Below, in pieces: positions 28,913 to 37,370 of a stretch of 45,013 bases of DNA. A program made the translations under genes and the position numbers. The stretch lies in the NCBI GenBank assembly GCA_033764315.1, contig JANRJA010000122.1, positions 1-45,013 of the forward strand, given 5' to 3'. A model generated the notes under the pieces. The model saw only the letters and a program-made list of their open reading frames with translations, did no database searches and was not told the DNA's origin. This DNA is from Oculatellaceae cyanobacterium bins.114. GTDB taxonomy: Bacteria > Cyanobacteriota > Cyanobacteriia > Elainellales > Elainellaceae. The stretch's first letter is position 1. The number at the start of each line of letters is the position of its first letter.

Positions 28913-30442
28913 TCAACTTTCCAATTTGCTGAATGGGAGTTGCAACGGCAGCATCAGGGTAAACGTTGAGCCGTGTTGAAGTTGGCTCTGGAGGGTGATT
29001 TTACCGTGATGTGCTTCTGCGATCGCCCTGACAATCGCCAACCCCAAACCAGAACCATCTGACTTGCGAGCCGTTTTGGTAGCACGAGCAAATCGTTCAA
29101 AAATCCGGGTTTGATCCTCGATGGCAACCCCGTCGCCCGTGTCGCGCACCCACAGATGTAAACAGTGATCCTGAACAGCAGAGCCAATAGCAACCACATT
29201 GCCCGTGGAGGTGTGTTGCACTGCATTTTGGGCCAGATTCATCACAGCTTCAGTAATGCGTTGTCGATCTAGAGTGATCGTGCCTTCTCCTACGGCGTCC
29301 AGTTGCCAGGTGCGATCGCCCAGTGCTTTTGCCTTGGCTAATAGCTCCTCAGTTAGAGACGAAATCTCAACCGGACTGAGCCGCAAGAAATTAGCCCGAT
29401 CTGATTTTGCCAACAAGACCAGATCATCAACGAGTCGTCCCATGCGCTCTAGCTCATCCATAACCAGAGCGATGGTCTCTCGGCGATCGTCTGGATCGTC
29501 TCCCATTACCTCTAGATTGCCTTGAATAATCGTGATTGGCGTGCGGAGTTCATGTCCAGCATCGTTGATAAAGTCACGTTGGAGCGCAAACGCTTGTTCC
29601 AGTCGATCCATCATGGCGTTAAACGTTTGAGCCAGATCCGCCAATTCGCCCCCTCCTCGAATTGGAAGACGGGCTGTTAAATCAGACTCACTGATCTGTT
29701 GAGCTGTGTGGGTCAGCGTTCGCAGGGGAGCCAGCAAACGCCCTACAACCCACCACCCTGACAACAACACTAACCCTCCTACAACCGCCATCACCTCGGC
29801 CACTCTTACAAGAGCGACTAATGCCTCTTGGCGTTCCCCCGCTGTCAGGTGAGCGACAATCAGCACTCCTACCGTCTCACCTGCTACCTGGAGGGGTTCA
29901 ACCACATAGAGAATGCTTCCTCCCGTCGCCTCAGTTACCTGGATTTCTCCTTGCGTCGGCTGGGTTAACGGCTTGACCGTCTGCAAAAATGACTCACCAG
30001 GTTGCAACGCTTGGGGTAAGGCTTTTGGGCTAGACAGATAAACGGTACCGTCAACCAGGGTGATCAGGAAGGTGTCGTCTTCTGGAACTCGGCGAGACAG
30101 ATACACATCAAACAACATTCTCACCTGGTCTGGGGTTTGCGGTTCCAGGGTAAACGTCATTCCTCTAATGGCTTCAACTCGCTCGATCGCATCTAGATCA
30201 GATTCTGTAAATTCGCCCTCTTGCAGGCCCTGAAACTCTTCTACTTCCTCTGCCAAATCTTCCCGAACACGTTGATCCACTTGGGAAAAGATGCGTTGTC
30301 GGATCAACGGTAACGACACCAGAATAAACCCCAGAATAATCAGCACGTACCACATCAGAATTTGGGTACGCGTCTCGCCCAAAAGCCGTTTTAGCAGAAA
30401 TGGTGAGTGGTTTGGAGAGGAAGTGCGCGGCTTAATTGCCAT
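28913..30442 (-). CDS. Membrane sensor histidine kinase (2 TM, HAMP, HisKA, HATPase)
   Basis: AGHELRTP, NLAQNA, DTGDG, GSGLGL. Confidence 0.93.
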   Translation of the reverse strand: MAIKPRTSSPNHSPFLLKRLLGETRTQILMWYVLIILGFILVSLPLIRQRIFSQVDQRVREDLAEEVEEFQGLQEGEFTESDLDAIERVEAIRGMTFTLEPQTPDQVRMLFDVYLSRRVPEDDTFLITLVDGTVYLSSPKALPQALQPGESFLQTVKPLTQPTQGEIQVTEATGGSILYVVEPLQVAGETVGVLIVAHLTAGERQEALVALVRVAEVMAVVGGLVLLSGWWVVGRLLAPLRTLTHTAQQISESDLTARLPIRGGGELADLAQTFNAMMDRLEQAFALQRDFINDAGHELRTPITIIQGNLEVMGDDPDDRRETIALVMDELERMGRLVDDLVLLAKSDRANFLRLSPVEISSLTEELLAKAKALGDRTWQLDAVGEGTITLDRQRITEAVMNLAQNAVQHTSTGNVVAIGSAVQDHCLHLWVRDTGDGVAIEDQTRIFERFARATKTARKSDGSGLGLAIVRAIAEAHHGKITLQSQLQHGSTFTLMLPLQLPFSKLES

Positions 30443-30549
30443 TGAATAAAGGGAAAAGGGAAAGTCACGAGTGATGTTTTCTATTGTTCATAGAATATCT
30501 ATCAATATCATATGCTAACTGAGGGGTTAGCTAGGACAGGGTGCTGCTA

Positions 30550-32142
30550 TTAATCGTCATCCAGGCTAAGCAACTGTTCATCAATTTTTTGGAGTTGCGA
30601 TCGCCCCACAGTTTCAGAAATCACGCGCCGCCGTAGAGCCTGGTTTAGGGCACCCTTTTCAGCTAATAACAACTGCCGTCGAATGGCGTCTAACTTGGGG
30701 CGATCGCTCTTTTCGATCGCTCCTGGATCAGGTCGTAGGTTGTAATGCTCTCGGAGCAATTTTTCAGATTTTGCCACTTGTACTTGATAGCGCGATCGCA
30801 TCTCTTCATAAACTGCTTTTGGCAAAATGCCATTTTTGAGTAGCTCATCCAGCCTATCCTGAGCCGCTTTAGCCGTGATCAACTGGGCCTGCAATTCCTC
30901 AATCTGCTGTAATGCCGCCGACACAGGAGTAATATTTAATTTTTTGACTAGCCAGGGCAGGCTTAATCCCTGTCCGATTAGAGACAGCAAAACCGTTCCG
31001 TAGACCAATGCAATGAGCTCGCCTCGTCCGCTGAGAGTAGCTGGCAAACTCAGTGCCAGTGCCATTGAGAGGGAACCCTTGATGTTGCCCAAAAACAGAA
31101 CATGTTGCCACCGTAGGGGAATGGGGCGATCGAACCGCTGTAAAATCGCCAACAGTGGATAGACAGACAACAAGCGACCTGCTTGATAAGCGGCGATCGC
31201 CACCAGCACAGCAGGCAGTGTTTGCCACAGTGTTGTTAAATTGATCTCTAGCCCAATCAGCAAAAAGATGAACGTGTTGACCCCAAACCCTGCATATTCC
31301 CAAAAGCTGTAGAGGGTAACTCGGCTAGAGGCAGAGAACCCCCGTGTTAATCCTCGATTACCTACAACCAGTCCGGCAACCACCACCGTCACGACTCCAG
31401 AGATGTGCACTAACTCTGCGGCTTGAAAGGCTCCTAGAGCCAGTGCAACGCTCAACAAAATACCACTTAAGGGATCGTCTGAGCGAGTAAACAGTTCTGT
31501 ACTCAAATAGCCCAGCATCAACCCCAACAATGCTCCTCCGACAATCACGATGACGAACCGTTGCACACTTTCTGTAACCGTCACGGAGCCAGTAGCATGT
31601 GCCTGTAAGATTAAGCCAAATAGCACCAGTGCCATGCCATCGTTAAACAGACTCTCTCCTTCGACAATCGTTGACAGGCGTGACGGCACATGGACCTCTT
31701 TAAACACCGCAATCACCGAAACCGTATCGGTAATGGCCAGGATGACTCCTAAAATCAAAGCTTGAATCCAATCCCAACCTGATGCAAACTTGAGGGCGAT
31801 CGCGGTGATGCCAGCACACAGGATCACACCTGGACCTGCTAGCAAAGCTACGGGTTTGATCGTACTTCGCAAACGGCTGAGATCCGTATTAATGGCCGCC
31901 TCAAACAGCAGAATCGGCAGAAACAAATTGAGAATCAGGGCCGAGTCTAACCCAATTCGCTCAGGCAAAAAGTCGGCGATCGCTAACCCCGCTAACACTA
32001 ATCCGGTTACATACGGTATTCGCAGTCGTCGTGACAGCAATGCTACCCCTGTTGCAACCAACAACAGAATGATCAAGACAGTTACCAAACCGGCAACGGC
32101 TCCATGCTCTTGTGTTGCCGCAATTACAGGGATCAAAGTCAT
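30550..32142 (-). CDS. CPA1-family Na+(K+)/H+ antiporter (NhaP-like)
   Basis: FLPILLFEAA, AITDTVSV, EGESLFNDG, many TM helices, soluble C-terminus. Confidence 0.92.
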   Translation of the reverse strand: MTLIPVIAATQEHGAVAGLVTVLIILLLVATGVALLSRRLRIPYVTGLVLAGLAIADFLPERIGLDSALILNLFLPILLFEAAINTDLSRLRSTIKPVALLAGPGVILCAGITAIALKFASGWDWIQALILGVILAITDTVSVIAVFKEVHVPSRLSTIVEGESLFNDGMALVLFGLILQAHATGSVTVTESVQRFVIVIVGGALLGLMLGYLSTELFTRSDDPLSGILLSVALALGAFQAAELVHISGVVTVVVAGLVVGNRGLTRGFSASSRVTLYSFWEYAGFGVNTFIFLLIGLEINLTTLWQTLPAVLVAIAAYQAGRLLSVYPLLAILQRFDRPIPLRWQHVLFLGNIKGSLSMALALSLPATLSGRGELIALVYGTVLLSLIGQGLSLPWLVKKLNITPVSAALQQIEELQAQLITAKAAQDRLDELLKNGILPKAVYEEMRSRYQVQVAKSEKLLREHYNLRPDPGAIEKSDRPKLDAIRRQLLLAEKGALNQALRRRVISETVGRSQLQKIDEQLLSLDDD

Positions 32143-32210
32143 TCAACAGTAGCCCAGACGTCATCCCCTACACCTTAATGCAAGATAGAGCTTTCTTGAT
32201 ATCGCTTTGC

Positions 32211-32537
32211 CTAAAAGCTTCCGAGCAACGGGAATACTTTTTTCTTAAGCAACTCTACTAGAGCTGGCTCCATGTAGTCGTATTCATCGGGAATATCTAG
32301 ACAAATAACTCGTTTCTGTTTAAGCCAGGGCTGAAAGTGTTGTGAGAGTTTGCGGCGATGCGATTTTTCCATCACAAAAATAATGTCTGCCCACTCAACC
32401 GCATCACTGCTTAGGATATTTTCTGCATCTCGCTCTAATCCGGCTGATTCTACTTCTAATCCGTCATATTCTGCAAAGACAGCTTCAGCCGTTGGGCTGC
32501 GTAAGCGATTGCGACTGCAAATAAACAACAATTTCAT
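32211..32537 (-). CDS. Low-molecular-weight protein tyrosine phosphatase-like protein
   Basis: LFICSRNRLRSPTAE (CX5R) and LDIPDEY. Confidence 0.88.
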   Translation of the reverse strand: MKLLFICSRNRLRSPTAEAVFAEYDGLEVESAGLERDAENILSSDAVEWADIIFVMEKSHRRKLSQHFQPWLKQKRVICLDIPDEYDYMEPALVELLKKKVFPLLGSF

Positions 32538-32824
32538 GAAACCTAGTTTAGCTGTGAGACATTATTCTGACAACTGGATGACGCTGAGAAGATGGCGATC
32601 GCTTGGATCGTTGTCAAGTTCACTTGCAATTCTGCCTTCCAGTAAAGAGTGTCCCGTTCCCAGCGGCAACGTAGATTTTGGGTCATGGTGAAAGCTCTCA
32701 TTTCAACAGTACTTTGAGTCGGTTGATCAATCCTCAAGGGACGATCGCTCAAGCCAAGAGTTGGCTGATTAACTTTCGACCTTTAACACAAACCATTCGG
32801 GATGAGTTTGGGCTTTACAACATT

Positions 32825-32856
32825 GATTACTAAAAACAGCGATTACTAGAAACAGC
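32825..32856. repeat. 16-bp tandem duplication downstream of uvrA
   Basis: GATTACTAAAAACAGC / GATTACTAGAAACAGC. Confidence 0.65.
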
Positions 32857-32882
32857 CATTTTAGTTCTGGTAATGATCATTC

Positions 32883-35800
32883 CTACTGGGTAGCTGGGTG
32901 TGATGCAAGGACTTTTTTGAGGTATTGCCCCGTGTAGGATTTGGCTACTTTTGCCACGGTTTCGGGAGTGCCTTGAGCGATGATTTCACCGCCGCGATCG
33001 CCCCCTTCTGGCCCTAAGTCAATGACCCAATCAGAGCAGCGGATCACATCCAGGTTGTGTTCGATCACTAAAATCGAGTTACCCATATCTGCCAGTCGTT
33101 GCAATACATCCAGCAACTTATGGACATCGTAGAAAGACAAGCCTGTGGTAGGTTCATCGATCAAATAGAGAGTTTTACCAGTGGCGCGTCGTGACAGCTC
33201 GGTTGCCAGTTTGAGTCTTTGTGCCTCTCCTCCTGAGAGGGTGTGGGCGGTTTGTCCCAGGCGAATATAGCCGAGTCCCACGTCCACCATTGTTTGCAAA
33301 CGGGCATGAGCTTTGGGGATGTTTTCAAAGAACACCATTGCCTCTTCAGCCGTCATGTTCAACACGTCTGAGATAGACTTGCCTTTATATTTCACCTGCA
33401 AGGTTTCTCGGTTATACCGTGCCCCTTTGCAGACTTCACATTGCACGTAAACATCGGGCAAAAAGTTCATCTCAATGACGTTTACGCCCTGACCCCCGCA
33501 GGCTTCACAACGTCCGCCTTTGACATTGAAGGAAAACTGCCCCGGTTTATAGCCGCGTGCTTTGGCTTCAATGGTTTCAGCAAACAGATCACGAATTACG
33601 TCGAATACACCAGTATAGGTTGCCGGATTAGATCGGGGAGTGCGACCGATGGGCGATTGGTCAATCACGATCGCCTTGTCCAGGGCATTCAATCCCCCCA
33701 TTTCTTCCATTTCTCTGGGATAGGGGATCTTGTGCCCAAAGTGGTGTTGCAGTGCTGGATAGAGCAGTTCGTTGATTAGTGTTGATTTGCCCGATCCAGA
33801 CACTCCTGTAACGCAGACCAGCTTGCCGAGAGGAATATCAACGCTGATGTTTTGCAAGTTGTTGCGGTGGGCTTTGCGAATGCGAAGCATGCAGCCGTTG
33901 CCCTTGCGCCGTTCTGCTGGAGTGTGAATCACCCGTCGGTTAGACAAATACGCTCCGGTTAAGGACTCCTCGGACTCTAAAATGTCCTGGAACGTTCCCT
34001 GGGCAACGACCCGTCCTCCATGTACACCTGCTCCGGGGCCAATATCCACCAGGTAATCTGCCGCCCGAATTGTGTCTTCATCGTGTTCTACCACAATCAG
34101 TGTGTTGCCCAGATCACGCAAGCGAGTTAGCGTTCGCAACAGGCGATCGTTATCGCGTTGATGTAAGCCGATACTGGGTTCGTCGAGCACGTAGAGCACT
34201 CCCGTCAAACCAGAGCCAATTTGAGTTGCCAATCGGATGCGTTGAGCTTCTCCACCCGACAAAGTCATAGCCGTGCGATCGAGGGTGAGATAGTCTAAGC
34301 CCACATCCAACAAAAACTGGAGACGGGCTTTAATTTCCTTGAGCACCAACTCCCCAATTTGGGCTTGCCGGGGAGTCAGTTCCAGGCTATTGACTCGATG
34401 GAGGCAATCGCGGATTGAAACACTGGTTAACTCTTTGATCCGGTGTTGCCCGACCCGAACCCGGAGAGCAGCAGGCTTGAGGCGATCGCCCCCACATTCT
34501 TCACAGGCCTGATCCACCAGATATTGTTCCAACTTTTGTTTATAGAGATCAGAGGTGGCTTCTCGATATTGTCGATCGAGCATCGGCAACACACCCTCAT
34601 AGCGTCGCTGATAGCCTTTGCTATCGCGATAGCGCGAATCAGACTCGATATAAATCTTTTCGTCAGACCCGTGCAAAACCACATGCTGTTGATCGGGGGT
34701 GAGTTTGTTCCAGGGGGACTGGATCTCAAACCCAAACGCTTGACCGACGCTGTAAAGCAGGGAGAAGTAGTAGGTGTTGTCTTTTTCAGACCAGGGGGCG
34801 ATCGCCGCATAGACAGGTAAGGTGGGGTCGGGCACCACCAACTCGGCAGAAAATGTCCGTAACGTTCCTAACCCATGACATTGAGGACAGGCTCCGTAGG
34901 GCGAGTTAAAAGAAAACAACCGGGGAGAGAGTTCTTCCATGACTGCCCCGTGTTCAGGACAGGCAAAGTTTTCAGAGAAGACCAACTCTAACGAAGGTTT
35001 GTCTGTGTTCTCGTCAGAGTCTTGACCATATCGCCCTGCGGGTTCTGCTGCCATCGAAGGCAATACGGCCAACTGCATGTCATCGGGCTTTGTGGGAAAG
35101 GCGATGACGTTATTGGTTTCGGGTAGGGTGACATCAATGATGGCAATCCCTTCCGACCGCTTTAAGCAGGTGGAGAGTGAGTCCACTAGACGTTCTTGAA
35201 TGCCCTCTTTTTTCACCAGGCGATCGACCACAATTTCGATGTTGTGGAATTGGTTCTTATCCAACTCAATGGAATCGCTCAGTTCGCGCACTTCGCCATC
35301 CACCCGCACCCGCACAAATCCTTCGGACGCAAGACTGGAAAGCAGTTTTTTGTGAGTTCCCTTTTTGCCCCGCACGACGGGAGCCAGAATTTGAAATCGC
35401 GCGCGATCGGGTAAATCTGAAATTCGATCGACCATCTCATCAATGGTTTGGGGCACAATGGAGCGATCGCAATGGGGACAATGGGGTTCCCCGGCGCGTC
35501 CATAGAGCAAGCGCAGGTAGTCGTAGATCTCGGTGACGGTTCCCACCGTAGAGCGAGGGTTGTGGGAGGTCGATTTTTGGTCAATGGAGATAGCAGGACT
35601 CAGCCCCTCAATCGCATCCACATCGGGCTTATCGACCTGCCCTAAGAACTGCCGCGCATAGGCACTGAGCGATTCGACATAGCGTCGCTGACCCTCAGCA
35701 AAAATGGTGTCAAATGCCAGCGACGACTTGCCTGAACCCGACACCCCGGTGAAGACTACTAGGCGATCGCGCGGTAACTCTAAGTCAATATCTTTGAGGT

Positions 35801-35999
35801 TATGCTGCCGTGCCCCTCGAATCCGAATTAAGTTCTGCGGTGGTTTTGAGCCGGGTGAGACGCTGTTAGACGCTGGAGCAGCAAGAGCGGCGTGAGGCGA
35901 TTCACCATTGCCATTCAGTGGTTCGGGGTTGCTATCAACATCAAGCTCAGTCACTACTGAGGGCTTAGAACTCTTTCCAGAGTTGGCACGCTTGGACAT
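32883..35999 (-). CDS. uvrA: Excinuclease ABC subunit A
   Basis: Two GVSGSGKS ATPase domains, zinc fingers, LSGGEAQR twice; ATG 35999 preferred over GTG 36050. Confidence 0.97.
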   Translation of the reverse strand: MSKRANSGKSSKPSVVTELDVDSNPEPLNGNGESPHAALAAPASNSVSPGSKPPQNLIRIRGARQHNLKDIDLELPRDRLVVFTGVSGSGKSSLAFDTIFAEGQRRYVESLSAYARQFLGQVDKPDVDAIEGLSPAISIDQKSTSHNPRSTVGTVTEIYDYLRLLYGRAGEPHCPHCDRSIVPQTIDEMVDRISDLPDRARFQILAPVVRGKKGTHKKLLSSLASEGFVRVRVDGEVRELSDSIELDKNQFHNIEIVVDRLVKKEGIQERLVDSLSTCLKRSEGIAIIDVTLPETNNVIAFPTKPDDMQLAVLPSMAAEPAGRYGQDSDENTDKPSLELVFSENFACPEHGAVMEELSPRLFSFNSPYGACPQCHGLGTLRTFSAELVVPDPTLPVYAAIAPWSEKDNTYYFSLLYSVGQAFGFEIQSPWNKLTPDQQHVVLHGSDEKIYIESDSRYRDSKGYQRRYEGVLPMLDRQYREATSDLYKQKLEQYLVDQACEECGGDRLKPAALRVRVGQHRIKELTSVSIRDCLHRVNSLELTPRQAQIGELVLKEIKARLQFLLDVGLDYLTLDRTAMTLSGGEAQRIRLATQIGSGLTGVLYVLDEPSIGLHQRDNDRLLRTLTRLRDLGNTLIVVEHDEDTIRAADYLVDIGPGAGVHGGRVVAQGTFQDILESEESLTGAYLSNRRVIHTPAERRKGNGCMLRIRKAHRNNLQNISVDIPLGKLVCVTGVSGSGKSTLINELLYPALQHHFGHKIPYPREMEEMGGLNALDKAIVIDQSPIGRTPRSNPATYTGVFDVIRDLFAETIEAKARGYKPGQFSFNVKGGRCEACGGQGVNVIEMNFLPDVYVQCEVCKGARYNRETLQVKYKGKSISDVLNMTAEEAMVFFENIPKAHARLQTMVDVGLGYIRLGQTAHTLSGGEAQRLKLATELSRRATGKTLYLIDEPTTGLSFYDVHKLLDVLQRLADMGNSILVIEHNLDVIRCSDWVIDLGPEGGDRGGEIIAQGTPETVAKVAKSYTGQYLKKVLASHPATQ

Positions 36000-36122
36000 A
36001 AGGGGCGGTTGCGGCAGGAAACGGTTCTTAACAATTCTATCGTTATCCACTCTATGCGAGTATCAAAGCAATCAAGAATCATCAAATTTGCAATACTCCA
36101 TCGTAGCGCGATCGCCTCATTT

Positions 36123-36136
36123 AGTACATGCGTTCG
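36123..36136. promoter_or_regulatory. Cyanobacterial LexA (SOS) box-like site upstream of uvrA
   Basis: AGTACATGCGTTCG versus consensus RGTACNNNDGTWCB (one mismatch); 17 bp from TACGAT (-10-like, minus strand 36100-36105). Confidence 0.65.
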
Positions 36137-36187
36137 TTGTGATTACAGCATGGAAACCGGAGCATCGCCCTTTCCGTACAGACGCGA

Positions 36188-36610
36188 TTAATCGCGTCTC
36201 TGCCTGTCTTCTACCTTCTGCTTTCTTAATTCAATCGCCACTTCCCGAATTCCTGCCGTAATTTCCAGAAATGCCTCATCTTGATTAGCCCAGCTTGTCA
36301 CAGCCTCTTTATTCTTGGGCAACACCTCAAGCTGACTAAACGGCGCACCTTGCCAATCGACTGGACGCAACAAAATGGGAATCACACGCGCCTCGCCTGC
36401 CTGATGGCGTTCCATTGCCCGTTTGATTTTTACGTCATAGCAGGTGTTGTCGGCAATGGAATCAGGGCTAATCAGCAATAGAATAATGTCGGTAGCGTTG
36501 AGGCGATCGCTGATCACCTTTGCCGTTTCGTCTCCGGGGAGAGTTTAGCGACTATCCCAACTGGTGATCACTCCTTCTCGTCCTAGCAGGTTAAGGTGCT
36601 TGGCTAACTC
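36188..36610 (-). pseudogene. Orphan, 5'-truncated and inactivated TIR-domain copy
   Basis: Close homolog of 37371-37760; in-frame TAA at 36545-36547; CYDVK in place of CYDIE. Confidence 0.85.
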
Positions 36611-36688
36611 GTGAGTTGAATCCTCCAAACTCTTTAGCTTTCGGAGTGAGAGATAATAGCTCTACCCTTGACTTCGTTATTCGCAGTA

Positions 36689-36931
36689 ATGCCAACGCTT
36701 TTAAGACAAGATGGATTTGAGATTCGGATGTACTTTAATGATCATGACCCACCTCATGTTCATGTATTCAAGGCAGGTGGGCAGGCAAAGGTTGGGCTTG
36801 GTAATCTGGAAGTGTCTCCCAGCCTCTTGTTAGTTCAAGGAATGAGCGACAAGGATGCGAAAAAATCGATCGCCATCGTAATGCAGCACCAAACAGAACT
36901 CTTAGACAAATGGGAAGAATTTTATGGTTGA
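36689..36931 (+). CDS. DUF4160-family protein (putative toxin)
   Basis: MPT...MYFNDHDPPHVHV...LLDKWEEF. Confidence 0.85.
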   Translation: MPTLLRQDGFEIRMYFNDHDPPHVHVFKAGGQAKVGLGNLEVSPSLLLVQGMSDKDAKKSIAIVMQHQTELLDKWEEFYG

Positions 36932-37292
36932 ACCCAGCTTAGAAGATTTAGCCTTTCAACAACAGTTTGAAGAGGCACAATCGGCGGCGACTCAGGCAAA
37001 TCTCACAGAACCCAGAGCCGTTTCTGCCTATTATGATTCAACCGTAGGATTGGTCATCATTCGATTGCAAAGCGGTGCAATTTTTAGTTTTCCACCCGAA
37101 ATTGCTCAAGGATTGGCAGGGGCAGAGCCAGACGTGTTAGCCCAAGTAGAAGTGACTCCAATGGGAGATGGATTGCACTGGGAAACTCTGGATGCAGATT
37201 TCAGCGTAGCGGGTTTGCTGGCAGGAGTGTTTGGCACCAAACGGTGGATGGCGGATCTGCAACAACGGTGGTTACAACAGCAGGCATCTTAG
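36924..37292 (+). CDS. DUF2442-family protein (putative antitoxin)
   Basis: GDGLHWETLDADFSVAGLLAGVFG; overlaps the upstream ORF by 8 nt. Confidence 0.85.
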   Translation: MVEPSLEDLAFQQQFEEAQSAATQANLTEPRAVSAYYDSTVGLVIIRLQSGAIFSFPPEIAQGLAGAEPDVLAQVEVTPMGDGLHWETLDADFSVAGLLAGVFGTKRWMADLQQRWLQQQAS

Positions 37293-37370
37293 GGCGATCG
37301 CCCCTTTACACTATCCTTTCACCCTTCCGTACAGACGCAATCAATTGCGTTTCTGCCTACTGCCTGCCCT

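Noticed and set aside
32543..32752. 69-aa ORF upstream of the phosphatase-like gene
   Set aside because: TTG start and no recognisable motif; a ~47-aa version from an internal ATG cannot be excluded but is unsupported
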